Shown: positions 1 to 13,758 of the stretch, piece by piece
Position numbering within the stretch: position 1 is the stretch's first letter
How the letters are laid out: each line of letters begins with the position of its first letter
NCBI RefSeq assembly: GCF_035084215.1
Contig: NC_090327.1
Location: forward strand, 121,768,001-121,832,000
From: Heptranchias perlo
Lineage: Eukaryota
Length of the DNA stretch: 64,000 nucleotides
Direction: 5' to 3'
The notes under the pieces: model-generated
Databases searched by the model: none
What the model saw: only the letters and a program-made list of their open reading frames with translations
What the model was told of the DNA's origin: nothing
Position numbers and translations under genes: made by a program

Positions 1-500
1 AGAGGGTGCAGAAAAGATTTACTAGAATGGCTCCAGGGATGATGGACTTCATTTATGTGGTTAGACAGGAGAAGCTGGGGTTGTTCTCCTTAGAGCAGAG
101 AAGTTGAGAGGAGATTTGATAGAGGTGTTCAAAATCATGAGGGGTCTAGACAGAGTAGATAGAGAAACTGTTCCCATTGGCGGAAGGGTCGAGAACCAGA
201 GGACACAGATTTAAGGTGATTGGCAAAAGAACCAAAGGTGACATGAGGAGTATTTTTTTACGCAGCGAGTGGTTGTGATCTGGAATTCACTACCTGAGGG
301 GGTGGTGGAGGCAGGTTCAATCATGGCTTTCAAAAAGGGAATTGGATAAGTACTTGAAAGAAAAAAATTTGCAGGGCTACAGGGAAAGGGCGGGGGAATG
401 TGACTCGCTGGATTGCTCTTACAGAGAGTGGACAGGGACTCAATGGGCCGAATGGCCTCCTTTTGTGTTGTAACCATTCTATGATTATATGATTCTATGA
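1..500 (+). mobile_element. CR1-type LINE 3' fragment
   Basis: Degenerate CR1 ORF2 C-terminus (RVQKRFTRM..., LGLFSLEQR) ending in a (ttctatga)n-like tail. Confidence 0.85.
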
Positions 501-534
501 AACGTGGATACATTACACTCAGTCCCCTGATCTA

Positions 535-1200
535 AGTCATTGATATATATTGTAAAATTGCTGAGGCCCAAGCACTGGTCCTTGCAGCACCCCACTGGTT
601 TCAACCTGCCAACCCAAAATGACCCGCATATTCCTACTCTGTTTTCTGTCCATTAACCAATTCTCAATCCATTCTAATATATTACCCCCAATCCCATGAG
701 CCCTAACCTTGTGCAACAACCTCGTGTGGCACCTTATCGAATGCCTTTTGAAAATCCAAACATACTACATCCACTGGTTCCCCCTTTTCTACCCTGCTAG
801 TTACAAACTCAAATATTTTTTTAAATAGATATGTCAAACACGATTTCCCTATCATAAATCCGTGTTGACTCTGCCTAATCATACGATTTTCTAAGCACCC
901 TGTTACTAAGTCCTTACTAATAGATTCTAGCATTTTCCCTACTACTGATATGAGGCTAACTGGTATATAGTTCCCTGTTTTCTCTCTCCTTCCTTTCTTT
1001 AATAGCGGGGTTACATTTGCGAACTTCCAACCCACGGGGACCATTCTAGAATCTAAGGAATTCTGGAAGATCATAACCAATGCATCCACTATCTCTGCAG
1101 CCATCACTTTTAAAATCCTACAATGTCGGCCATCAGGCCCCATTAATTTCTCCAGTACTTTTTCCCTTACTAATCTTAATTACTTTAAGTTCCTCACTCT
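535..1200 (-). mobile_element. CR1-type LINE RT fragment
   Basis: ORFs 537-719 and 703-1143 carry RT motifs (SQHGF, LDFQKAFDKVPH, SGVLQGPVLGP). Confidence 0.85.
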
Positions 1201-2769
1201 CTTAAAGCAACAAACCAACTCCAATTACAGTCACAACCCAAACACCAGTGACAGGAGCCATTCGTTTTCCACTCTGCCTTTTTTTCAAACCTCCAGATTT
1301 TAATTCTAATCAACCAATGGTTCTCTTTAACATCTAGCCCCATATCACACATAACAGTGACTTTCTGAGGATGGGTCAGCATTCTCTCCCACCAGTTAAA
1401 TACCATAAATACCATAGTTCATGGGTTCCCAGATTGTATCCTCTGCACAATAAGATTGATATAGCAACCTTATTTTAAATGCACTATTTTCATCACACTA
1501 CCTCCCCATTCGCCTTCCAGGGGAAGGATGAAAATTGGCCTCACTGTGTACTTAAAGTGACTTATGAAGGATGAGTTTGATTCTTAGAGTTGTGTTCTTT
1601 GTTTATCATTGTGTACTCGAGGTGTTAGGTGGCATGCTGTCTATTGTAAATAACCAGCCATATTACATAATGTTATCTGCTTGTTCATCTTTTTAAACTA
1701 AATTCTCTTGATATTTTAAACTTAAAACGAACTCTAATGGAATGCTTTTTCGCCCCTGAAGACTAGGGTGAGAACTTATGATATAAGGTAAGAGCAGTAG
1801 CTAAAAGCAACTACCAGACAGGGTTTGCTGTTCATTTCTCAAACACATTGCTGAAAGCTTACCTAGAATCTCGAGGCAAGGATAGCGGCCCCGAAATTCC
1901 ATGCAGAGTTGTGCGGATTTATGCAAATATATCAGGAATTTCACCCACAGATGCTCCACGGGGTTGTATCTGGCATCATTTCCTGTGTCGGTTTATTTAC
2001 ATATTTTTCACAGGATGGCCAACAGAAATCCGGTGCAAAATGGGAGTAATGTGCTGGAGGTTCTTGGAAATTAAAGTAAGGCCTTTCAAAAAAACATGTC
2101 TGGCTGAAGATTTCAGCAGCAGCACGCACTTTCCCCTCTAAAATTAACAGCTGCACAACTAACCCTGACGCTGCACTCCGGTTAAGGGGGCACTAACCCA
2201 ATATGTATCACCATCGCCCCTAACAGCAATACACAACCTTAAAGCCCTTTCCTCCACAGAATGATATCACCACATCCCTTACATCAGTTGTCTGATACCA
2301 CCTGGGAATCAGCTCTCAATCGCCCCGATACCTGAAATGAGAAATGGTACTTCAAGTTCAAGAGAAGTTTAAACTTGCCGGGTGACAGCCCAGTGCGGCC
2401 ATCACATCCCCGATACATTCGCCGCTCAAGTAACTCATTATTTACTTTAGAATCCAATCCTTGGCCAACCGGTGGGGTTGGAATTATGTGCTCGAAAAGT
2501 AATGTTCAACCTTTCAATGATGGGATTGGAGGGAAATGGAAAATTGGGCTTGTGATGGAAATGGCCCCATAAACAACTCAAACTAGCGCCACCTGCTTAT
2601 GTAGCATCGATGGAACACTTGTATAACTTACAGACATACCGTTAATGTTCAGGCGGCTTCATTTTCTGACCGAAACGTCAGTGTCCTGACTCCCTATTGC
2701 GAGTCACACTGCGCTCCCAATCCGTATGGTTTTGGCGGCACTTTAAAACCTGCCGGCACTTCCCGAATT

Positions 2770-3356
2770 TTTTTTCTTTTTTTTTCTTCCCCCCTTTTAT
2801 GAGAAGGGGGGAGGGCGTGTTTTTATTTAAAACAAATTAAAAACCAAATAAGTGTCAAATTATAATTTTATCCTGATGATCCAGGATGCACTCCGGCCCC
2901 TGCGGTGCCCACCGGTCGCGGAAAGCCTCGAGCGTACCGGCAGACACCGCGTGCTCCCTCTCCAGGGCCACCCGGGCGCGGAGAATGCCGCGGAAGAGAG
3001 GCAGACAGTCGGAGCGACCGCCCCACGGGCCGCTTCTAACCTGGACCTGAGGATAGCCACCTTGGACAGGCCAAGGAACAGACCCACGAGGACGTCCACC
3101 AACCTACCCGCCCGCCCTCCCCCCCCACTGGGCAGCCAAAGATCAGGAGCATGGGACTGAAGTGCAGCCAGAACTTGAGGAGCAGCCCCCTTAAATAGTG
3201 GAACAGGGGCTGTAGCCTCCCACACCCTATGAATAAATGAAACACGGACTCATCCAGGCAGCAGAAATTGCAGGCGGCCTGCGAGTCCTTGAAATGGCTT
3301 AAACGCCTGTTGGTCGCGACTGCTCCGTGCAACACTCTCCACCCCAGATCCCCAAT
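2770..3356 (-). mobile_element. 5'-truncated L1/Tx1-clade LINE with 15-bp TSD
   Basis: Zinc knuckle (CNFC..ESVFHLFIGC) in ORF 3036-3392; poly-T at 2770; flanking duplication ggca(c/t)ttcccgaatt at 2755-2769 and 3357-3371. Confidence 0.8.
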
Positions 3357-4409
3357 GGCATTTCCCGAATTACTCCTTCTGCATCTGTGCACCTGTTACA
3401 CGTGTGCAGAACAGATAGTTTACAATGTATTGTGGGGAATTAATCAGCTCCTGGGCTCTAGAACCGGGGGTAAATTGCCTCATTTATAATCTTTCCTCCT
3501 GATAAGTACATTTTAAGGATTTAAAATTCAATCAAGCAGTTTTATATTTCCCTCAAATTTTTAATAAAATGAAGTTAGTGAAATAAATTCATTCTCTGAT
3601 CCTGGATGTTTTATCAGACTTGCGTACGTCACCAACACAAAACGGTTAATTAAACTGAGGGAAATACTTCCATGTTGGTCGTGTCGTGTCCCTAATACCC
3701 GTGTCTACTGATTCCCCTTCGTACACTCGGTAAAACCTCCTCACGCAGAGACTGTGAGCAGATTAATAGCATATTTCAACAACATGCGAAAACATAAACG
3801 AGAGATGTCCATTCAGCCCTAGTTGATGTTCAAACTTAGTTATTCTCAGAGGACAAGTCAACCAATTTGCCAATTGGGGGACTTCATGGATCGGTCCAAC
3901 TGAGGGGAGAAAACGGTGTCTGGAGATTTGTCCGCATCTTGCCAAGTTTCCCTGCCTCTGACACCGAATTATATACAACGAGTGGGCAGGTTTACCTGAA
4001 TTTACATGTATCAGCCAATCCTGGATTTTATTATTGGCTTTCATAATCTAACTGAATAGGTGTGCATAACCCATCAAATTACCGGGAATTCACAAATCTA
4101 CTTGCAGGTTAAAAGCAAAAGCTACATATATTGACAACATGGTAAAACGCTGAGTATAATAAAACAAAAGCAAAATACTGCGGATGCAGGAAATCTGAAT
4201 TAAAAACAGAAAATGCTGGAATATACTCAACAGATCAGAATATTGCATAGTTCCGTATAAATCATGATCTAATCCTCAATGCTTATATCACAAAGGGTTG
4301 TAATATTCTACACTACTGTGAATAAATTGCATCACCATTCATGCTGTCAGCCAGCAACGGATTACTTCATGAGAACTTTAGATAACTGTGAGATGCAGAC
4401 TCGAGGAAC

Positions 4410-5945
4410 CTAAGGGCACATCACCGACTCCAGCAATCTGTCATCACAGCACAGACCTAAGGACCTGAGGGTACAACATAGACTCCAGGAACCTAAGGGC
4501 ACAGCACAGACTCCAGGAACATGAGGGCACAGCACAGACTCCAGCAATCTGACGTCACAGCACAGACCCAAGGACCTGAGGGCACAACACAGAGTCCAGG
4601 AACATGAGGGCACAGCACAGACTCCAGGAACATGAGGGCACAACATAGACTCCAGGAACATGAGGGCACAGCACAGACCCAAGGACCTGAGGGCACAACA
4701 CAGAGTCCAGGAACATGAGGGCGCAGCACAGACCCAAGGACCTGAGGGCACAACACAGAGTCCAGGAACATGAGGGCGCAGCACAGACCCAAGGACCTGA
4801 GGGTACAACATAGACTCCAGGAACACGAGGGCACAGCACAGACTCCAGGAACAGGAGGGCACAGCACAGACTCCAGGAACACGAGGGCACAACACAGAGT
4901 CCAGGAACATGAGGGCACAACACAGAGTCCAGGAACATGAGGGCACAACACAGAGTCCAGGAACATGAGGGCGCAGCACAGACTCCAGGAACATGAGGGC
5001 GCAGCACAGACCCAAGGACCTGAGGGTACAACATAGACTCCAGGAACAGGAGGGCACAGCACAGACTCCAGGAACACGAGGGCACAACACAGAGTCCAGG
5101 AACACGAGGGCACAACACAGAGTCCAGGAACACGAGGGCACAACACAGAGTCCAGGAACATGAGGGCACAACATAGACTCCAGGAACACGAGGGCACAGC
5201 ACAGACTCCAGGAACAGGAGGGCACAGCACAGACTCCAGGAACAGGAGGGCACAGCACAGAGTCCAGGAACACGAGGGCACAACACAGAGTCCAGGAACA
5301 CGAGGGCACAACACAGACTCCAGGAACACGAGGGCACAGCACAGACTCCAGGAACAGGAGGGCACAGCACAGACTCCAGGAACACGAGGGCACAGCACAG
5401 AGTCCAGGAACACGAGGGCACAACACAGAGTCCAGGAACACGAGGGCACAACACAGACTCCAGGAACACGAGGGCACAGCACAGACTCCAGGAACAGGAG
5501 GGCACAGCACAGAGTCCAGGAACATGAGGGCACAGCACAGACCCAAGGACCTGAGGGTACAACATAGACTCCAGGAACACGAGGGCACAACACAGACTCC
5601 AGGAACAGGAGGGCACAGCACAGACTCCAGGAACACGAGGGCACAGCACAGACTCCAGGAACACGAGGGCACAGCACAGACTCCAGGAACACGAGGGCAC
5701 AGCACAGACTCCAGGAACATGAGGGCACAGCACAGACTCCAGGAACATGAGGGCACAGCACAGACCCAAGGACCTGCACGCACAGCACAGACTCCAGGGA
5801 CATGAGGGCACAGCACAGACTCCAGGAACATGAGGGCACAGCACAGACCCAAGGACCTGCGCGCACAGCACAGACTCCAGGGACATGAGGGCACAGCACA
5901 GACTCCAGGGACATGAGGGCACAGCACAGACCCAAGGACCTGAGG
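4410..5945. repeat. 28-bp minisatellite (gggcacagcacagactccaggaacatga)n, about 55 copies
   Basis: Direct tandem repeat; explains the overlapping Cys/Leu-rich ORFs. Confidence 0.95.
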
Positions 5946-7589
5946 ACATGACACTGCAGGATCCCACCTGCCCTCTGATTCGCTGCATTCCAACCCACTA
6001 CCAACATTTAAGCTTTTATCCTGCAATAAAATATCTGCCGAGTTACTTTCTGAAAGATTCTGATGATTCTCCACTAACCACACTAGATGACAGCTTCTTC
6101 CACAAGTTTACAAGGTCAATGGAAAACAAGACTGGTTGTTACTTTTGTAACTTGTCTTAGAAGCTCAGTTGATTTTTTAAAATGTGATAGTCCCTGCTTT
6201 ATCTGTTCTCATCAACTTAAGAACTTTGGTCAAATTTTCTCACACTCGTTACATTATTGAAGCAACTAGTTGTGCCTGTAGCTCTTTTTAACCGTGATAA
6301 TTGGGAACTCTTTGTAGCTGCTATAATGAAGCAGCCTCCCTTTGGAGGGTAGATGACACAATTGGAGGTAATTATTTAAGTGCGATCTCACTGGTGAAGC
6401 ATTGGGCTGTAAGTATGGAATTTATAACCTCGTTCAGCCCGAGCTTATTCCCTCGAGGATCATGTACAATTCGAATTGCCGTGGATCTTATCTAATGTCC
6501 TGATTCAGGCAAATAGCCACCAGCAGCAACTTCCAGGATAAAACACCCTGGAATGCCCTCCTTTCTCTGAAGGGTGCTCCTGGGTATCAGTCCAAGAATA
6601 ATATGGATCAGTCAACCTTGCCCTGTTTAATAAGATTGCCATGGTTATTTGATCAACCAGGTCTGTTTTCAGCCTGTAAACTGCTGCTCAGTATAACGGT
6701 TGTGCCAACCGCGTTTGTGTGTTTCCGGGTCATGTTCATTTCCCAACCTCTGAACATCGCTTTTAAAATTGCTGTAGGGCTTCTCAGCAAGTGGTATTGT
6801 TTCCCAGGTGGAGTGTGCACTAGGGAAATGTGGGTAATTGAGGTGGGCGAGCTAGTAAATCAACAATAAAAACAACGCATTTAATGTAGATAAACGTCCC
6901 AAAGCGCGTCACAGGGGCGTAATCTGACAAAAATGGAGGCTGAGCAAAAGGAGACATTTGGAGGGATGACTAAAAGTTTGACCAAAGCCGTGGGGTTTTA
7001 AGGAGAGGCTTAAAGGAGGAGGAGAGAGAGGCGGGGTGGGGGGATTTTAGAGCGTGGGACCTAGACGGCTGAAAGCATGTCCACCAATTGTGGGGCAAAG
7101 GAAGGAGGATCTGGAATATTCAGCATTCGGCTAAAATTGCTGTCTTCATGTCCCGCATGGGTTGAAACCACCCATTCAAAACTGCGGGTGGGAGTTAACA
7201 GCAGCAATATCAGTAAGTTTTTGTTGGCAGACACTTAGCTAGGAAATTGCTCCCAGTTCATTTCTGTCACTCAATTTAATGGAGAAAGATGAGCAGGAGC
7301 ACACAGGGGATGTCAGGTGGCTTTGGGACAGAGCTCTTGACCCATCAATATGCCACCCTACAGGCCCGAGCTCAACTATCGAGCAATGATAGAGGATCAG
7401 GTTTAGTTACATGGCTTCTGCTTGAAGAGTTCCTGCAGCCAACATAGGAAGGAACCTCCGTGCGGCTGTTCAGGTGGAAATGTCCCTTCCCCCTATTTTC
7501 TCCTTCAAGTAAGTCAGGGACAAATGATTGACACAAAATCAAAGCAACGTACATGCTACCTGGGGAGCTGGATAATACGATCTCAGTGG

Positions 7590-7820
7590 TCATTGACCAG
7601 ATCGGCCTTCTTGAACCGCTGCAGTCCGTGTGGTGAAGGTGCTGTTAGGTAGGGAGTTCTAGGAATTTGACCCAGCGTCGATGAAGGAAGAGGGGATAAA
7701 TGTCCAAGTCTGGATGGTCTGTGACTTGGAGGGGATCTTGGAGGTGCTGGTGTTCACGTGCGCCTGCTGCCCTTGTCCTTCTAGATGGTGGAGGTTGCGG
7801 GTTCGGGAGGTGCTGTCGAT
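7590..7820 (-). mobile_element. LINE 3' fragment, same family as 22470-23980
   Basis: Shares ccttcttgaaccgctgcagtccgtgtggtga... with 22567 onward. Confidence 0.75.
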
Positions 7821-8039
7821 TTAATCACGTTGTATTACAATGTTAAATATGCGAGAGCAAGCACGAATCAACTTTTGGTTTTATAAATCCTCTTAAAAAG
7901 TGCTTGTGTAATTCGATCCAGATTTCCTTTTACACCAATACAAATAACTAAATATGTGATACGTTAAAAGTGTGATTGAAAGGCGTGGTTTGTATGAGAA
8001 GCTGCACGTACACCAAGAGAGAGCAAATGAAAAGAGCCG

Positions 8040-8151
8040 CTCTTTATACTGACAGGAAGTCGAGTCACACGCGGAACATTGAGTCAGTGTCATTTCCCTT
8101 TTTATTTTATATCGATGTTAATAAAAGTGAATCACACCTCAGACAGACACT
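8040..8151 (+). promoter_or_regulatory. Putative promoter of first V segment
   Basis: ETS motif ACAGGAAGT (8052-8060) and AP-1-like TGAGTCA (8080-8086) just upstream of the leader ATG. Confidence 0.45.
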
Positions 8152-8191
8152 ATGTTGCTGCGTTGGGTTGTTTTAGTGACATTTTTTCTAC
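8152..8191 (+). CDS. TRGV: TCR gamma V segment A, leader exon (MLLRWVVLVTFFL)
   Basis: ATG, hydrophobic signal peptide, phase-1 GT donor at 8192 that splices in frame to 8277. Confidence 0.85.
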
Positions 8192-8276
8192 GTAAATTGA
8201 TTTATTCTTTATCCATGTGTCACTTTTCTTTCTTCAGACTGTAAAACAAGTTGTAATTTGGTATTTTTTTCCCCAG

Positions 8277-8574
8277 ATGAATGTTTTGCTGATGATTTGA
8301 AACAGAATCAATTTTCAATCACCAAAGATACGGGGAAAAGAGCTACAATTGCATGTGAGCTCGGGGAAGGAGTCGGTTCTGCTTTCATCCACTGGTACCA
8401 ACAGAGAGCGGGGCAGCGGCCAGTCAGATTGCTCTATTACGATGGGAGCATTAAACGGGATAAAGGAGTCGATGAAAGGTTTGAAGCGGGGAAGACTGGA
8501 AAAAAACACTTTCTGAATGTGGGCAAAATAAAGGCAGAGGACGACGCCACATATTTCTGTGCCTATTGGAAACA
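8277..8574 (+). CDS. TRGV: TCR gamma V segment A, V exon
   Basis: AG acceptor at 8275-8276; Ig V domain with IAC, IHWYQQ and DDATYFCAYW (TRGV-typical IHWY and CAxW); followed by a 23-RSS. Confidence 0.93.
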
Positions 8575-8613
8575 CACAAAGCTAAAGAGCAACTCAGTCA
8601 TCTTACAAAAACC
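8575..8613 (+). other. 23-bp-spacer recombination signal sequence of V-A
   Basis: CACAAAG + 23 nt + consensus ACAAAAACC. Confidence 0.93.
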
Positions 8614-8892
8614 CTGAACACCACCTGCAATTCAAATATCACTCAAACCACATCCGACTCACAGAGAATCCACAGCTGAAAACTGTTGCAATCTCCCTTC
8701 AGTTAAAGGTTTATTCTCTCGAGTATCATACAAAGCAAAGCAAACAGCTTCTCTCACCGACCAGTTCATTAATTTACCTTTACAACCCACCTAGAACATC
8801 ACGAGCAGGAGGACCCTTAACGGGACACAGACACTGCAGTCAGGTTAATGTCCCATTGAGTCTCCCAACAGGCGGTAGTCAGTCTATCGGTG

Positions 8893-9600
8893 CCCATCAC
8901 TGCACTGACCCTCCCTCATATTTCAGACACACTTCCCACCGCCCATCACTGCACTGACCCTCCCTCATATTTCAGACACACCTCCCACCGCCCTTCACTG
9001 CACTGACCCTCCCTCATATTTCAGACACACCTCCCACCACCCATCACTGCACTGACCCTCCCTCATATTTCAGACACACCTCCCACCACCCATCACTGCA
9101 CTGACCCTCCCTCATATTTCAGACACACCTCCCACCACCCATCACTGCACTGACCCTCCCTCATATTTCAGACACACCTCCCACCACCTATCACTGCACT
9201 GACCCTCCCTCATATTTCAGACACACCTCCCACCACCCATCACTGCACTGACCCTCCCTCATATTTCAGGCACACCTCCCACCACCCATCACTGCACTGA
9301 CCCTCCCTCATATTTCAGACACACCTCCCACCACCCATCACTGCACTGACCCTCCCTCATATTTCAGGCACACCTCCCACCACCCATCACTGCACTGACT
9401 CTCCCTCATATTTCAGACGCACCTCCCACCACCCATCACTGCACTGACGCTCCCTCATATTTCAGACACACCTCCCACCATCCATCACTGCACTGACCCT
9501 GCCTCATATTTCAGACACACCTCCCACCACCCATCACTGCACTGACCCAGCCTCATATTTCAGACACACCTCCCACCACCCATCACCGCACTGACCCTGC
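8893..9600. repeat. 49-bp minisatellite, about 14 copies
   Basis: (ccatcactgcactgaccctccctcatatttcagacacacctcccaccac)n. Confidence 0.95.
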
Positions 9601-10258
9601 CTGAATCTTGCTCACCCATCACCCTATTGTTTTCCAGCTCTGATTGGCTCTCTGTTCCCCAATGCATCCAACTGAAAATCTTTGTGCTCATTTCCAAAGC
9701 CTCCCCCTCCCCTATCTCTGCAACCTTCTCCACTCTATATCCGGGTCATTTCCTTTGGCCCTCCAACTCTGGACTCTTGTACCTCTTGTTCCACCATCAT
9801 TCAACCTCTAAGGTCTACTCTTTGGGACTCTTTTGCTTAACTCTTCCCCCTTCCTACCTCTCTCTCCACCTTTAGAAGTCTCCTCAAAACCTATATGTTC
9901 GACTATGTACAACTGAAGCATAACTTCCTCAGTTTTCAGCTATCTCTGTTAATTCTTCCACTACTGCTCAACATTCCTTCGTGTAGCACCTTGCGATTTT
10001 TTTCCATTAAAGGTATCTTAATAGGAGCATAGGAACAAGAGGAGGCCATTCAATCCCCTGAGCCTGTTCTGCCATTCAATTAGATCATAGCTGATCTGTA
10101 CTTCAACTACACTGCTCCTTTGCTCCATGTCCCTTGACACCCTTACCCAATAAAAATCTCCCTTCAGTTAAAGCTCCGATTGATCACCAGAAACCACAGC
10201 CTTTTGGGGAAGAGTACTAGATTTCCACTACCCTTTGTATGAAAAAGTGCTTCCTGAT

Positions 10259-12810
10259 AGTCAACGGGAAATTGAGGAGCAAATATGTAAGGAGATTACA
10301 GACAGCTGCAAGAAAAATAGGGTGGTAATAGTAGGGGACTTTAACTTTCCCAACATTGACTGGGACAGCCATAGCATTAGGGGCTTGGATGGAGAGAAAT
10401 TTGTTGAGTGTATTCAGGAGGAATTTCTCATTCAGTATGTGAATGGCCCGACTAGAGAGGGGGCAAAACTTGACCTCCTCTTGGGAAATAAGGAAGGGCA
10501 GGTGACAGAAGTGTTAGTGAGGGATCACTTTGGGACCAGTGATCATAATTCCATTAGTTTTAGGATAACTATGGAGAATGATAGGTCTGGCCCAAAAGTT
10601 AAAATTCTAAATTGGGGAAAGGCCAATTTTGATGGTATTAGACAGGAACTTTCAGAAGTTGATTGGGAGAGTCTGTTGGCAGGCAAAGGGACGTCTGGTA
10701 AGTGGGAGGCCTTCATAAGTGTGTTAACCAGGGTTCAGGGTAAGCACATTCCTTATAAAGTGAAGGGCAAGGCTGGTAGAAGTAGGGAACCTTGGATGAC
10801 TCGGGAGATTGAGGCCCCAGTCAGAAAGAAGAAGGAGGCATATGACATGCATAGGCAGCTGGGATCAAGTGGATCCCTTGAAGAGTATAGTGATTGCTGG
10901 AGTAGAGTTAAGAGAGAAATCAGGAGGGCAAAAAGGGGACATGAGATTGCTTTGGCAGATAAGGCAAAGGTGAATCCAAAGAGCTTCTATAAATACATAA
11001 AGGGCAAAAGAGTAACGAGGGAGAGAGTAGGGCCTCTTAAGGATCAACAAGGTCATCTATGTGCGGAACCACAAGAGATGGGTGAGATCCTAAATGAATA
11101 TTTCGCATTGGTATTTACGGTTGTGAAAGGCATGAATTTTAGGGAACTTGGGGAAATAAATAGTGATGTCTTGAGGAGTGTACATATTACAGAGAGGGAG
11201 GTGCTGGAAGTCTTAACGCGCATCAAGGTAGATAAATCTCTGGGACCTGATGAAATGTATCCCAGGGCGTTATGGGAGGTTAGGGAGGAAATTGCGGGTC
11301 CCCTAGCAGAGATATTTGAATCATCGACAGCTACAGGTGAGGTGCCTGAAGATTGGAGGGTAGCAAATGTTGTGTCTTTGTTTAAGAAGGGCGGCAGGGA
11401 AAAGCCTGGGAACTACAGACCGGTGAGCCTGACATCTGTAGTGGGTAAGTTGTTAGAGGGTATTCTGAGAGACAGGATCTACGGGCATTTGGAGAGGCAG
11501 GGACTGATTAGGAACAGTCAGCATGGTTTGGTGAGAGGAAAATCATGTCTCACAAATTTGATTGAGTTTTTTGAAGGGGTAACCAAGAAGATAGATGAGG
11601 GCTGTGCAGTAGACGTGGTCTACATGGACTTTAGCAAAGCCTTTGACAAGGTACCGCATGGTAGGTTGTTACATAAGGTTAGATCTCACGGGATCCAAGG
11701 TGAGGTAGCCAATTGGATACAAAATTGGCTTGACGACAGAAGACAGAGGGTGGTTGTAGAGGGTTGTTTTTCAAATTGGAGGCCTGTGACCAGCGGTGTG
11801 CCTCAGGGATTGGTGCTGGGTCCGCTGTTATTTGTTATTTATATTAATGATTTGGATGAGAATTTAGGAGGAATGGTTAGTAAGTTTGCAGATGACACCA
11901 AGATTGGTGGCATTGTGGACAGTGAAGAAGGTTATCTAGGATTACAACGGGATCTTGATAAATTGGGCCAGTGGGCCGATGAATGGCAGATGGAGTTTAA
12001 TTTAGATAAATGTGAGGTGATGCATTTTGGTAGATCGAATCAGGCCAGGACCTACTCCGTTAATGGTAGGGCATTGGGGAGAGTTATAGAACAAAGAGAT
12101 TTAGGAAAAGGTTCATAGCTCCTTGAAAGTGGAGTCACAGGTGGATAGGGTGGTGAAGAAGGCATTCAGCATGCTTGGTTTCATTGGTCAGAATATTGAA
12201 TACAGAAGTTGGGATGTCTTGTTGAAGTTGTACAAGACATTAGTTAGGCCACACTTGGAATACTGTGTACAGTTCTGGTCACCCTATTATAGAAAGGATA
12301 TTATTAAACTAGAAAGAGTGCAGAAAAGATTTACTAGGATGCTACCGGGACTTGATGGTTTGACTTATAGGGAGAGGTTGGATACACTGAGACTTTTTCC
12401 CCTGGAGAGTAGGAGGTTTAGGGGTGATCTTATAGAAGTCTATAAAATAATGAGGGGCATAGATAAGGTAGATAGTCAAAATCTTTTCCCAAAGGTAGGG
12501 GAGTCTATAACGAGGGGGCATAGATTTAAGGTGAGAGGGGAGAGATACAAAAGGGTCCAGAAGGGCAATTTTTTCACTCAAAGGGTGGTGAGTGTCTGGA
12601 ACGAGTTGCCAGAGGCAGTAGTAGAGGCAGGTACAATTTTGTCTTTTAAAAAGCGTTTGGACAGTTACATGGGTAAGATGGGTATAGAGGGATATGGGCC
12701 AAGTGCAGGCAACTGGGACTAGCTTAGTGGTATAAACTGGGCGACATGGACATGTTGGGCCGAAGGGCCTGTTTCCATGTTGTAAACTTCTATGATTCTA
12801 TGATTCTATG
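10259..12810 (+). mobile_element. Young 5'-truncated CR1 LINE (end of endonuclease, RT, 3' tail) nested in an older - strand CR1
   Basis: ORFs 10235-12118 and 12123-12722 (VGDFN, SDHN, KFADD) separated by one frameshift; (ttctatga)n tail at about 12790-12810; flanks 10020-10258 and 12811-13170 continue an opposite-strand CR1. Confidence 0.92.
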
Positions 12811-13169
12811 AATGGTCTAGGTCTAATTTTAAGACAATGCCCCCTTGTTCTAGATTCCCCCACCAGAGGAAATAGTTTCTCTATATCTACCCTATCAAAT
12901 CTCCTGATCATTTTAAACACCTCAACCAGACCACCCCTTAACCATCTAAACTCAAGGGAATACAAGGCAAATTTATGCAACCTGGCCTCATAATTTAACC
13001 CTTTAAGCCACGGCATTATTCTCGTGAATCTGTGCTGCACTCCCTCCAGGGCCAAGATATCCTTCCTGGTGTACAGTGTCCAAAACTGAACGCAGTACTC
13101 CAGATGGGGTCTGACCAAGGCACTATACATCTGAAGCATAACTTCCTCCCCTTTGTAGTCTAACACCTT

Positions 13170-13555
13170 GACAGCTGTGGCTCAGTGGTATCACTCTTAC
13201 CTCTGACTATCACAGGGTTGTGGATTCAAGTCCCACTCCAGAGACTCGAACACATAATCTACACTGAGAGCACAGTACTGAGGGAGTGCTGCAGTGTCAG
13301 AGATGCTATCTTCCAGATGAGGTGTTAACCTAAGGCCCTGTCTGCCCTCTCAGGTGAATGTAAAAGATCCCATTGCACTATTTTGAAGACAAGCAGGGGA
13401 GTTCTCCACAATGTCCCGGGCAATATTTATCCCTCAACTAACATCACTAAAACAGATTATCTGGTCATCATCACATTGCTGAATGTGGGACCTTGCTGTG
13501 CACAAATAGGCTGCCACATTTCTTACATCACTACAGTGATTACACTTCAAAAGTT
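13170..13555 (+). mobile_element. tRNA-derived DeuSINE (SacSINE1-like)
   Basis: A/B-box head (tggctcagtgg...attcaagtcc) and Deu-like core (aaagatcccattgcact...gggagttctc). Confidence 0.7.
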
Positions 13556-13758
13556 TTTCTTTGAGACAAAGGCCAACATTCCAGTAGCCTTTTTAATTAC
13601 ATTTTGTTCTTGTGCCCTAGCTTTTAGATATATGTTTACATGAACACCAAGGTCCCTTTGCTCTTCCACAGTTCTTAGTCTCTCACCATTAAGAAAATAT
13701 TCCAGTTTGTCTTTCTTGGATCCAAAGTGGATGACCTCACACTTTCCCACATTGATCT

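Noticed and set aside
4410-6083. Cys-rich keratin-associated-like ORFs
   Set aside because: Translation of the 28-bp minisatellite
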